In this document: positions 12,809-25,690 of the stretch, one piece after another
Layout of the letters: each line of letters begins with the position of its first letter
Numbering within the stretch: position 1 is the first letter of the stretch
DNA from: Mytilus californianus
Taxonomy: Eukaryota
Length of the DNA: 64,000 nucleotides
Assembly: GCF_021869535.1 (NCBI RefSeq)
Contig: NW_026262734.1
Location: 47,306,001-47,370,000 of the forward strand
Direction: 5' to 3'
Position numbers and translations under genes: made by a program
The notes under the pieces: generated by a model
Databases searched by the model: none
What the model was told of the DNA's origin: nothing
Seen by the model: only the letters and a program-made list of their open reading frames with translations

Positions 12809-14314
12809 AGCGAAATGAGTGTTGCATGCTTTTTAGTCCTATAAAATCCGACTTCGAAAAATAATGTGATAATATGTATTATATAAACAACTTTACTTTT
12901 TATGGAGTCATTAGAAATGATGATAGAGGACTCTAAAGTTTTTGTTTTGGCTCAAGCAGAACAAAAGTCAAAATAAAAAAAAAATAAGATGGTTTTATAT
13001 AACGGACCAGTACACTTCGTAACAAATGAACCTAAACATATTATTGTACACGAAGGTCATTGTAGGTGCTTAAATTGCATATAGCATACAGACAGCATCG
13101 TGAACGTGTTGACAAATCACTCAAATGAAAAAATAATAAATTTCAACTGATTTATTTTTATAAGAAAAACAGCAAGGTTTGTCACGCTAGTAATATAATT
13201 TAAAAGTTAAAACTTCACTTGATTTCTTAAAATAAACCAAAAAAGCACATTTGCGTAGGTTTAAATTATTACGTGTTTAAATATTATGTAACATCACTAT
13301 TTTAAATTGATAAAATGATATCGTCAATTTAAAAAATGAATAAAAGAAAATATTCTTTTCTATTTATGATGTTGATATGGTGTTGTTCTGAAGGTTGTAT
13401 ATCACCCGATTGGCAACTGATTTCATAATGTTTGCTTAAAAAAACTTTGGTTAAATACTAACGAGTAAGCAACAAGTCTCGGTACATCTTTTCGAGGGCA
13501 TGAAATTACCGCGACAGCACCTAGTCAGGAGGATTTTTCTCAATGCTATCTAATATAATTCAAATATCGCGATATTTCATTTTTGGTCTTATGTTTATTA
13601 TCTATTTTGCAATGAATTGTACTGCTAGTGATGCTAGTGAAATATTAGAAAGATGCTATAAAATATACCTCCCTTTGTATAGGATGGACTGTGAAATAAA
13701 TATATAGTCTATATATTTATTATTGGCAAGTTTTATTTAAAATCATTTATCAAATTTTCTTGGAAAAAAGCGCGGATAACAGTTAGAACCCGTTTAGATA
13801 TGAAACAAGCTGTCTCATTGAAAATTTGCATCTTTAATATTTTTTTATATTTTGAAGAGCTCCGGTGTACCGAGACCGATTCATTGCAATTCTTCCTGGA
13901 ATAGGTTACATCATGGTACACTAAAAAAAACAATGCTTTAGAAGTCATTACATAAAACATTATATAATTTCAACATACGAAAGGTTGCATTTGGTCTGAA
14001 AAAACAATAAAACACATAACTGTTGACACTTTGTTTCACTTTTCAAACCAATAATCTACGGTTTTATTTTGTGTGTGCGTAAAGGGGGGGGGGTGGGTTA
14101 TTGCTGTGTGTGAATTTGGTGGTGTTTGTGGATAGTTGTGGCCTTTAAGTCATTAGATAAACGTCTGCTTCATATAAATTTTCGAAAAATATACTTAATT
14201 CTTACCACAAATTTTTCATGTATGAAAACATTTTAAGCCATTCTTTAACACTTTTGACTAAAACATTTTGTCTAAGACTCCATTGAATTTCAGAAATAGG
14301 GTCTATATAAAGAT

Positions 14315-14552
14315 AACAAGATGTGGTATGATCGTCATTGAGACAACTCTCCACCAGAGATCAAATGATATAGAAGTTAACAACTATAGGTCACCGTACG
14401 GCCTTCAACAATGACCAGACCGTATAGTCAGCTATAAAAGGCCCCGAAATGACAATGGTAAAGCAGATAAAATGAGAAAACTAACGGCCTCATTTATGTA
14501 CAAAATAATGAACGAAAAACAAATATGATGCACAGCAACAAATGACAACTAT
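14315..14552. repeat. High-copy repeat family A copy
   Basis: gatgtggtatgatcgtcattgagacaactctcc..ggtcaccgtacggccttcaacaatga. Confidence 0.8.
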
Positions 14553-15769
14553 GTTTTTTGTTCATCCTCATACCTCCTGATGTTATTTCCTAGGGAAGAA
14601 TATCTGGTAAATATTTTCACCAACAGAAAGGTATATCTAAGATTTTGTTTTACAATTTAAAATTAAAAAAGACTGGTGTATAATTTCACAATTTTTTCGG
14701 TTGCATTTCTTCGATGAATTTCGATCACCGTTGTTAAAAACAAAAATCATTTGTTTCGTGTCATTCTTACAAAACTAAATTGAAAATGGTCCGTCTAATG
14801 TACAAATGTTAGGTACATCAACATATTTCAATAATTAAAATAAAAAAAAAAAATTAATTTCATGAAAAGTTTAGACACCGATCCCTTACGGATGCCACAT
14901 CGACTTTTTTATACTTAAACTAATTTAATACGATTACAGCAAACTTGTTTCTTGAATATAAATGATTCAACGATATCATTAACTACATATACTTGTTGAA
15001 AATATATATCAAAGGAACAACGCATTGTGCTTTTGTTTCTCCAGTTAGTAACTTGCTGGAAGTCTGAAATTTGATAAATAATATGATAATATCGTATATC
15101 ATCACACAACTGACCATTAAAACAATTGGCAGGCTTAAAAATGCACTAACTTTGAGTTCCGTTGAATATCGTAAAGTAAACATTTATGGTAATATTTTTT
15201 TTGCTAAAATTTAACTTCATATGGTAAGTTATAAATGTTTCGGTTGATTTTGTTGTCAAAGGACTTTGGACATGATTTACATTTCAATTTTACTAAATAG
15301 GTAAACTGTTATGACCGATATGACAAATTCGGTTTGATTTTAGTTATCGGATTCTTATGAATATAGAAAGAAGTAAGTATTTTCCACTGTTAGTTTTCTT
15401 TTTATTCATTTTTTTTTTTTTTTTGAGGGGGAGTTTAAACAAGACTAAGGTAATATATTGCGCGGGGTTAATATTATTTTGTTGACCGAAATACGCTGAA
15501 AACTGGCTTTATTGACTATTGGCGGTTAAAAGTCTATTGACAAATATCATAAGCTATATAATGTATGTATGTAAAAAATTAAGGTGGGACGTGTTATACT
15601 GAAATTTCAAAGCAAACTGTATTCATTTAACAGACGACAATACAGAATTAAGAAATATTTGTTATCATGTGGGCTTTTTATTACAAAATGCTGGAACCCA
15701 ATTATTGTCAAAGTAACCTATAATATCCATTTGGGTTGTTCACCCAAATTTATCAATATAACGGAACTA

Positions 15770-16300
15770 TAAACAATTGTCATACAAGTGGGGGATTAGC
15801 AAGCTATAAATCAGGTTTATCCTTGCATTTTCATCCGATAATACCTGTAAAATATAAGGAATATGACACTTGTTTTTCTCTCGTTCCGTTGGTTGATAGC
15901 GTTTGGGTTATAGTACCTTTAGCTAGCTATTATTCGTGTGTTTCTTTGTCCTATATGTTCTCCCATTTATTTGTATTGTGGTCCTGTCATGTGATGTTGT
16001 CGTTTTGGTGTTGTGTTTGACGTTGCCATAAAAGCGGGAGGTTTGGCATGCCACAAAACCAGGTTCAACCCACCATTTTTTTCTTAAAATGTCCTGTACC
16101 AAGTCAGGAAAATGGCCATTGTTATATTTTAGTTCGTTTCTGTGTGTGTTACATTTTAATGTTGTGTTTTTGTTGTGTCGTTGTTCTCCTCTTATATTTG
16201 ATGCGTTTCCCTCAGTTTTAGTTTGTAACCCGGATTTGTTTTTATCTCTATCGATTTATGAGTTTCGAACAGCGGTATACTACTGTTGCCTTTATTTATA
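15770..16300. repeat. Interspersed repeat family C copy
   Basis: ccaggttcaacccacc..tgtcctgtaccaagtcagga..aacagcggtatactactgttgcctttat. Confidence 0.7.
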
Positions 16301-17171
16301 TACTTGGTATTTTTGTTTTACTTTTTTTTATAAATCCAAATTTTCTGGCATTTGATATCAATGATAAATGCATTTCGTTTGCTGCGAAGATCAGTAAAGA
16401 CCTGTATGTAACAAATATACTTGGCCTTATATGAGTACCAGAAATTTATCATAAAGCATTATAGGTCTTTGTTATACTAAAATGAAAAGTTTCTCTATAA
16501 CATGCAATTGTATCGTGATTTCGACTTTTGAGTTATTGTTCAATATTTGTAACCCTAATACATGGAGATAAATATTAAGAACTTCTGTACTTTTCCTTGT
16601 AGTTTTATCCTACGCTTAACAGTGGTTTAATGGGCCATATCATTAAATACTCCTGAATATGATTTCTTTAGTATTTTGATATTAAAATTAATCTATTTCC
16701 ATTTAAAAGATCTTAATCTACGGTAGATATTTTGACTATCTGAGATACACCTGTAACACAAAATATGATTTTGCTTTAAAATCATTATTTCAATGGTAAA
16801 ATCATTATTTCAAAGAGAAAAACAACTATAATTGCATGTTTTGAAGATTAAAAGTAATTCTCATGTCAAAGTATTTCATATCATTTTTACTTCAAGGCGA
16901 AACACGCTCACATACAATTTAAAAATATAGCACTTAGGCTTCATATATGCAATAATATGTTAGAAAATAAAATTCTAATTAATCTTGGCATTTGAAAAGT
17001 TTTCTTAATCAATGTTGATGAAAACATTTATGTTAAAAGCAATATATTGTTTCTCTTAAACAGTATGACCCTTTAGTTTGCAGGAAAACCCAATTAAAAA
17101 GCTAATGAAACATAATTACCTGATCAAATAATCACAATGAACAATTTGTTCTCAAAGTAAGATTAATATAA

Positions 17172-17430
17172 AAATAAGAAGACGTGGTATGATTGCCATT
17201 GAGACAACTCTCCACAAGAGACTAAATGACACGGCCTTCAACAATCAGCAAAGCCCATACCGCATAGTCAGCTATAAAAGTCCCGAAATGACAAATGTCA
17301 AACTATTCAAACGAGAAAACTAACGGTCTGATTTATTTACAAAATAATGAACGAAAAACAAATATGATATACAGCAACAAACGACAACCACTGAATTACA
17401 GGCTACTGACTTGGGACAGGCACATACAGA
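17172..17430. repeat. High-copy repeat family A copy
   Basis: Same consensus, through caaccactgaattacaggctactgacttgggacaggc. Other family A copies: 21352-21632, 29801-30075, 34951-35048, 37158-37472, 47013-47090, 48481-48622, 52170-52580, 52950-53050, 53255-53670, 54860-54930, 58177-58352, 61595-61860, 62078-62335. Confidence 0.8.
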
Positions 17431-17494
17431 CAAAACACATTTTGTTATAGTTTGTTATTGGTTAACTGATATATGATGTGAAATTAAGATGGAT

Positions 17495-17800
17495 TATTTT
17501 GCTTTATGTCCAATGACAATGTTTCATGCATCTTTAGGACGAGAACAAATAAATAACAATAAATACAATAGCATGAATACATGTAGGTAGGTACTGAAAT
17601 AGAGTGTCGATCGGAATAATGGGCAGAACATTTGGGGTGTTCCTTGCAAATACGTGTATATTGGATAGGGACAGATTTTTTGCCGGTCGGAAGAAGAACA
17701 AGAGATGACCATATTTCTACAGGCTCTAAGCTGAGGACAAGAAACATTAGAATGAAGCAGGCTAAACATGTCTGTGATCACCCTATTTTTAACATTGGAC
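17495..17800 (-). mobile_element. SINE remnant
   Basis: Minus-strand tail tgttctcgtcctaaagatgcatgaaacattgtcattggacataaagc matches the 3' tail of the SINE at 56010-56345 (tgttctcgtcctgaatatgca..ctggacgttaag). Confidence 0.5.
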
Positions 17801-18191
17801 AGCACAATAAAGTGTAAATGTTAAATGAAAAGTGCTTGGCTCGTTAGATCGTCACTATTCACGAAATCAACCAACAAAAAAACTGAAGACACATAATACC
17901 AATCAAATAGTACGTTTGAACAAATAGTAAAAAAACTACTTTGTCTGAACAGTTTTGAGATAATAAAATGTTGATGTTTTTTGTTCATTTGGTATTTGAA
18001 TTTTCATATCATGAATGACAAGATACCACATCAGCTGAAAAGGAAGTTTAATGGTGAGACATTTTTATATATTCTTCATTTCAAATCTTAACATAAACAA
18101 AACCTTCTGATTTTGTACTTCAGAACCTCCTGAAACAAATGAGAACTTAAAAGCAATTATATAAACTCATCATAGATACCAGGATTAAAAT

Positions 18192-18222
18192 TTTGTCTAC
18201 AAACGACTCATCAGTGACGCTC
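18192..18222 (-). ncRNA. Partially deleted minimal type I hammerhead ribozyme remnant
   Basis: Minus strand gagcgtca-CTGATGA-GTC gtttgta GAC-aaaa, then stem III and the cleavage site are missing. Homologous to 31564-31609. Confidence 0.6.
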
Positions 18223-21200
18223 GAATAAGTACGAAGTTGAAGAGCATTGAGGACCCAAAATTCCGAAAGATATGCTATGTTAAATCACCATCGAAGATAT
18301 GGTGAAGTATTGCTATGAATAGCATATTGCTATTGCCATTTGTTTTTAGACTGAAGCGCTATGCATGTTTGACCTGTAGGCTTTAAATAGTAGACAATAT
18401 GTAAACACCATGTTAAATCAAGAAAAGATGTGAATAAATTAAACAAATACTATACTAAACAAGATTCCTTAAACGAAACAAACATTAAGATATAACAAAA
18501 CACAAGGTCTTGACTTCTGATAGGTGATTTAACATGTGGAAGTATTAACAAGTGTGTGAAAAAACAAAAATATAACAAAAATACCAAACACCAATTAACT
18601 TCAAAGAGGGGGAAGTCCATAAAAAATATATAATCAAACGTAAACGTGAGACTCTATCAAGCAACAGAACTCTAAGGCGAATTCAAAAAGGTAAAGTCCA
18701 TAAAAACTGACAAATCAAACGTTATCAACCAACGGAACGAGAAAAGAACAACCGTCTTATTCCTATTTTGGTACAGGCATTTTCCGAAATTTGGGTGAAA
18801 TATATGCATCATAAATACAACAACAAATGGTTGTTTTCACATACCGATAGTTTTGTATCATAAATATTTTTTTATTATTTTCTTTAACAACATTTGTTGA
18901 CCAATAATTGTTCACAGAGCTAAAGAGATAAAGATGAAGAAATTTCAGTACTGAACACTTAACTGTTTAATGCAAATGATGAATTTAAAATAGATACTTA
19001 AGTAAGATGGCAATTTCCAACACTTCTTCTTAGACGTTAATATGTAACCAGAAATTACTTGATATTCATTCTTAATTCCTACTGTTGTGAACACACCTAT
19101 AAAAAAAGGAATATGTATAGTATTTTTTATGATGCACATTTCTTTATAAAAGAACATACACAGTTACAAAATTGTGTGTAAAAAGAAATAAAACCAAACG
19201 ATAGAATTTAGAATTATCGTATCAATAGTAAGCTTTTATTAAACATTGCTGGGATATAAAAATAAAAGTGGGGTTGTCGATTGAAGTACCCTGCAATAGC
19301 AAAAGTAGACAAATTAACAGTATATTCGAAAACAAGAAATCACTGAATTACCTCCCCTTTTGATAAAAATTCTTAACATTGGATAATAAAAAGTCGTGTT
19401 TTCTCTACATATAAAAATTTTGAACACATGATAAAAACTATCAATGTACTTATATAAATGTTAGTTGATAAAACAAAATTGCATCTTGTATTAAAGTTTG
19501 CAGCATTCAGTAAAAAAGTAATGACTGTTTGAACCACCATTTTCAAAGAAACGTCAAGCATTATAAGTGGGAATAATTAATATTGCATGCATTTTCATGT
19601 TTTATTTAATTTCATTTAGCTGCAATAAAGAACGTCAAATCTACCAATTGAAACCAATAAAACAATTTGCCGCGGTCCCGGCAACGGTCCATGTCCGAAT
19701 AGGATTTCTCCCGAACCTCTTTTAAAACATCAACATTCTTGAGCATGTTGAAGGTCACTTTTGATATATTCCATGAGTGACAGCCTAATACAGGTTCGAC
19801 TGTACATCAAACAAGTGAGAGGTTTAGCTAGCTATAAAATCAGGTTTAAGCCACCATTTTCTACATAAGGAAACGCCTGTACGACAGTTGTTTTCCATTC
19901 GTTTGATTTGTTTGAGCTTTTGATTACGCATTTTATAAGGGACTTTCCGATTTGAATTTTCCTCGGAGTTCGGTATTTTTGTTATTTTACTTTTCACATG
20001 AGAAATTGCAATTAATTATAAGCAACTACAACTACTTTTTTCAATTACCCCATGCCTGAAGCACATTAATACATAAAAGTCACAGGTGTCATTTTGAAGT
20101 ATCAACAATAGCCTCCTGACCTGTTTTATGTGAAAAGTACACATCAAGAAAATAATAAATAATAAATAAGCCTTTCCGTTTTGAATTTTCCTTAGTTCGG
20201 TTTTTTTGTTATTTTACGTTTTGGTAAAAAGGTGGATATGCCTTCTGATTTTGTTTGGGTATTTTTGATTTCGCAGTCCATTTTTTTGCCAAGAAACGAA
20301 TTGTATATACCAGACTTTGCAATATAAATGTTCAATTTAAAAGTAAGAAAACGGATATACATAACCAATTTTGTATATTGTTCCCAATAGTATTCTTTAA
20401 CTCATAAATAAGGGGGCTTCAAGATATGGTGACGATTGATAAGCATATGAGTTATCTTTCTTTTCACACAACAATTGTCAATATTGTGCTTATTGTGCTA
20501 TAACTCATAAATAAGAGGGCATCAAGATTTGACGACGAATGATTAAGAATAGGAGTTATCTTTCTTTTTACAGAACTACTCTGGCGGATAGCGAATGACA
20601 ACCACTGGACTTTAGGCTCTTAGTTCACTCAACTCACATATATATGTCATTTAAGATAGCATTCCTTCTGTAAATACTTCCTTATATCAACATTATAAAT
20701 ACTTAACTGTTTTTAACATATATGTATTGCATTCGGTCACTCCAATCTGCATGATTTACATTGATAGAAGATAAAAGTGATATGTGATACTTACATGTAA
20801 CTGGAGTATAACACATATTTGCATTATATTTTATTAATCATTATTTTTATTTTTAAGCATACATCATCATTTAAATTTAACAACAAACTTTTCATATGTA
20901 GTAGAAAATAAAAATACAAACGAGTAGCAAACCACAGATTCCAATAAGTAATTGAAAATGTATCTTAACCTTTTATTCAGTGAATGAATTTATAAGCTTT
21001 ACAAAACATTTACGAAACAGTGATTTGCATTCTAGCTGATGTCGATTTGTTTGTGTAATCTTTACCCGTTGACATTACCTACATACAAATTGAATAATAG
21101 ATAACTTCGAAAACACCATTATCAGACTGTTTGTGTATCGCAATTGCAAAAGTAAAATGGCGTCAATTTCAGCATGATCAGGTACAACTAAAAGAGTAAA

Positions 21201-23128
21201 GTTTCATAATAGAGAACATAGTATACTTATCTAAATGTATCAACTGACAAAATAAAACTGAAATGTACACCAATCAAGTTATATAATCCACGTGTGATAA
21301 ACAAATGAGGAGTCAAATATCAAAATAATAAAAATGATACTTCAAACGTTTGCACCTGTCCTAAGTCAGGAATCTGATGTTCAGTAGTTGTCGTTTGTTG
21401 ATGTGGTTCATAAGTGTTTCTCGTTTCTCGTTTTTTATATAGATTAGACCGTTGGTTTTCCCGTTTGAATGGTTTTACACTAGTAATTTTTTTGGGGCCC
21501 TTTATAGCTTACTGTTCGGTGTGAGCCAAGGCTCCGTGTTGAAGACCGTACTGTGACCTATAATGGTTTACTTTTATAAATTTTGACTTGGATGGAGAGT
21601 TGTCTCATTGGCACTCATACCACATCTTCTTATATCTATATATGGTAAGATATGGCTGTCCGTAGTATACATCTGACAATTTACGAAAAATACAATGTAT
21701 ACATTTTTGAAATCTTCCAAAGAGGAACTTTTACATGTTTTAACATTGAAAAGATAAGTCAATTATACAATTGAAATAAACATATCTGACAAGAAAAGTG
21801 AAAAAGAATTAAATTTGATAATCGCGACAAAATCAAAAGGAAAAACTTAAATGTGAAACTTCACATACAACTTTTATCAATTCGAAACCTTCAGGTAAAG
21901 ACTGATTTTATAATGATAAAATCAAAATATTTTTATCATGTGTTTGCGGTATTTTAATCAATATCTATATATGTGGTAAGATTACAAATATCTTTGATAT
22001 TAGAGTCAAATCTGCAAATTATGCAATAACATTATTGTTAGATATTGGTGGCATATTATCAACATTGAATTTACTTTTCAACATTTAACTTCAAAATGAC
22101 AACATATTCTTTAAATGATACATTTCAACACAATTATAGAAAGAAACCGATCAAGTTAGCCTTAACAGATGTGTCCTAATGAACCTCTGACATATGAATT
22201 TTGGTTGGCCCTTTGGTACGTTCCGCCTATTTTTGAACTGGAAAAGCTCATGAGATTGATGCTCTTATGCGATGTTGTCGTTAAGGAAGTATTCAATAAA
22301 TAGAAATCAAGCTAGGGTTTAACTCTTGCAGAATCTCATTACTTTCATCGATCCATTGAAGACAAACACGATATTTACAATATTGTCTGAAAAATGAATT
22401 TCGATAAAATTGTAGTATGATTTGTTTTCGCTGGGTTTTTTGTTGTTGTCATCTTTAGATAGCAGAATATTCCTTTAATGAAATCCCAATGGTGTCCTAT
22501 ATCCGATTGTGTCCTTTTGCATGGTGGGTGATTCGTGCATAACATGAGATACTCGTTGACCAGCCCCTTCTCGCTCCTGTTTAAGTTCATGCGATTCCCA
22601 CATTGTTTTACCATGATTTGTATTTTTTGTCTTTGTAGATTTGAACATCTGTTAACAACTGTTGCCTCGAATTTACTGTAAAAATCTTATTCAACAGTAA
22701 TCTGACATAAATGAATACAAGAAAATGAGAATGTTAATGCATTAAATCAGTTTGTCCATTCCTGATATCCTTATATAAAGATACGGTAACAGCAAAGTGT
22801 TAGGTAGAGAATACACAGATTTATATGTATATAATTGCTAATAACCATCTGCACATACTTACATTCTATTCAAAGAAAATATTTTCGTATTGAAGTAATA
22901 TTTGCCTATCTAAATGTAAACTTAATGTAAATTGTGATTTAAATTTGCGAAAACTTTAACAACCAAAGTGAGATGGCGGATATAGTTATATTATTTTGTT
23001 TAGCATATGTCTTTGGTAGCATTCGCATCATGATTCTGAAATTGACAACAATGATTAACATCGCATTAGTTAATAGTATAATGGGGTAAAATAATCATAA
23101 TGATGAATTATGACCTAAGTCCATGCCA

Positions 23129-24070
23129 TTATAATATTACGCCTTTTGGTAAGATGCCACTGCCATCACGGTACACCCTGTTTCTTGATCGGGTAGTGTC
23201 ACAATATCGATTTGAGGCAGCTTTCCAGACGCTATGGCCCATTTGGGTACGAAGTGCATCATACAGTTTAAAAAGACCAAGAATATCAACACTTGCATAT
23301 TTCAACATGTTTTCGTCCAATGGCCTTTTCTCCCAAATGTTACTCGACATATTCATACTTGACCGTCCTTGTAACTTGACATTCAATAATGTGTCGTCAT
23401 TTACGTATAACTCTAGGCAGTGTTTAAGGCTTCTGATCTTAGTATATCCATTTCTGTATATTCGATTGTTTACTTCTAGTATTTGAACGTCTAGTACTCC
23501 ATCGAGTTTAACTTTGTGAAGGTGTAATAAAGCATCGGCATCTTCTCGGCAGTCGAACATCAGTTTTTCTAATCCACTATCCTCGAGTATAGAACGGAGA
23601 CCATCATCAAATACACTGTTCCCTATTTTCAAAATATCGATTAGATAGACCAAATCTTGAGTGCCAATGTTAATCATTGTTACTGATCCAAATCTTGACA
23701 AGTCTACCCCTTCGCAATCAACGGCTATCATTTGTTTATTTTTTATCTTTTCCTGGAGCTCTTTAATGACTTCAATGAACTTATCCTTCGTGTCAACATA
23801 TTTGTAAGTGCTGGTTTCGTTATTACCAATTTTGATGGTATTGGCAGTCATAATATGGTCATCCTTTCTGTCATCTTTTTCTTCTTTCTCATTAATGGGT
23901 TTTTCTATCTGGTCTGCTACTTTCTTGGAAGATTGATTGCTTTTGTCGAAGTTTTCTTTTGTCAATGACCCTTTTGAACTCACTAAAGTGATTTTTGCTT
24001 TTTTGGTCTTGGTTTCACTGGTGGTTTGTTCTTCTGTGTTATCTGTGTCTAATGTGCGTTTAGTTGCCAT
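23129..24070 (-). CDS. Stand-alone DEDDy 3'-5' exonuclease, EXD1/Egalitarian-like (paralog 1), 313 aa
   Basis: ExoI AVDCEG (D118,E120), ExoII KLMFDCREDADAL (D177), ExoIII YASVD (Y258,D262), WEKRPL motif. Basic, low-complexity N-terminus with NLS-like clusters (KR..KTKKAK). Splice acceptor tttttcag| 20 nt upstream of the ATG. Confidence 0.9.
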   Translation of the reverse strand: MATKRTLDTDNTEEQTTSETKTKKAKITLVSSKGSLTKENFDKSNQSSKKVADQIEKPINEKEEKDDRKDDHIMTANTIKIGNNETSTYKYVDTKDKFIEVIKELQEKIKNKQMIAVDCEGVDLSRFGSVTMINIGTQDLVYLIDILKIGNSVFDDGLRSILEDSGLEKLMFDCREDADALLHLHKVKLDGVLDVQILEVNNRIYRNGYTKIRSLKHCLELYVNDDTLLNVKLQGRSSMNMSSNIWEKRPLDENMLKYASVDILGLFKLYDALRTQMGHSVWKAASNRYCDTTRSRNRVYRDGSGILPKGVIL

Positions 24071-24349
24071 TGTATGTTATATTTGTTATCCTGAAAAATA
24101 AAGGACAGTCATTTCTTAAAAACACCTTGTTATCATTTCAATGCTGAATAATTTTTAATATTCATGTCATTTCATGGTATATAGAAAAAAAACATATTAT
24201 ATGAAAATCACCAAAAATATATAAAAAAGAAATGACAAATCTTGTTCGGCAAGTAAACTTCGCACCTATATCAGAGTTTAACATATATTTATATTGAGAA
24301 AAAATCCTCGTTCCAACAAATATTTAAACAGTAATGGTAAATGAGATAG

Positions 24350-25690
24350 AGGAATTTGATTTTAACGAAAGAAACCTCTTTATTACTGAAAAATTATTAC
24401 ACCAGGGTTTTTGATATCACAAACCAAATGGGCATTTGAAAAGTCAGAATGCGAGTATATATGGTTTATGTCATTTTTAGTAACAACAGACAAAAGAACT
24501 ATGTCAATTGGACCTGCTTTGATACGATTACTGCCCTTGAATTTTTACTAGATAACAGTTTTGTTCGCTATGGAGATTCCGTATATCGTCAAGTTATCGG
24601 AATTCCAATGGGGACTAACTGTGCACCACTTATTGCTGATCTGTTTCTGTATTGTTATGAGTTACAATTTATGACTAAAATCAGGAAAGACCCATCGAAA
24701 CAACATCTGATAAAAACATTTAATAACACTTTTAGATATTTGGATAATATTTGCTCTCAATAATGACGATTTCAGTATGTACACTAAAGAGATTTATCCT
24801 GCTGAACTGACTTTAAATAAATCTTATACTAACAATGAACACTGCCCTTTCCTGGATATCTATATCTTTAACGGGAAGCTTAATACTAAATTTTTTTTAT
24901 AAAAGAGATGATTTTTCATTTCCTATTGTTAATTGTCCATTTTTAGATGGTGACGTTACCTTGTCACCATCTCATGGTGTTTATATATCTCAACTTGTTC
25001 GATTCGCTCGTGTATGTAACAACGTATTTGATTTTAACGAAAGAAACCTCTGTATTACTGAAAAATTATTACACCAGGGTTTTCGATATCACAAACTAGT
25101 CAAAACATTTACTAAATTTTATCATCGGTACAAGGACATCATTCGTACATGTAAATATAAATCAACATGCAGACATCTTATACGTTCAGGTATTTCACAT
25201 TCAATCTTTTATGATAATATTCTATACAAAGCACAAAAATGTTGACATTCACCTCAAAAGCTAACCAAATCTTTAAACAGACTTATTCAGAAGGGATATA
25301 GTTACGATACTGTTGTCAGGTCATTAAAGATGGCATATTTTGGTATAAGTATTGATTCACTCATAAGATTCTACATTGACTAGAGGTATAGGGGGAAGGT
25401 TGAGATCTCACTAAACATGTTTAATCCCGCCGCATTTTTGCGCATGTTCCAAGTCAGGAGCCTCTGGCCTTTGTTAGTCTTGTATGTTTTTTTGATTTTA
25501 GTTCATTTATATGTTTTGGAGTTTAGTGTGACGTCCTTTTTCAATGAACTAGTACACATTTTTGTTTAGGGGCCAGCTGAAGCATGCCTCCGGGTGCGGG
25601 ATTTTCTAGCTGTGTTGAAGACCCATAGGTGTCCTTCGGCTGTTTTCTGCTCTATGGTTGGGTTGTTGTCTCTTTGACACATTCCCCATT
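24350..25690 (+). mobile_element. 5'-truncated Penelope-like retroelement, second family (RT, thumb, 3' terminal region)
   Basis: ORF 24449-24763 has GIPMGTNCAPLIADLFLYCYE and FRYLDNI. ORF 24835-25245 has GVYISQLVRFAR..KLLHQGF..KFYHRY. Contains stops and frameshifts. The 3' tail (25380-25690) resembles repeat family A. Confidence 0.85.

Noticed and set aside
23100-23486. 128-aa plus-strand ORF (also 23732-23968, 32548-32742, 45997-46242)
   Set aside because: These are antisense shadows of the real minus-strand CDSs, with no recognisable motifs.
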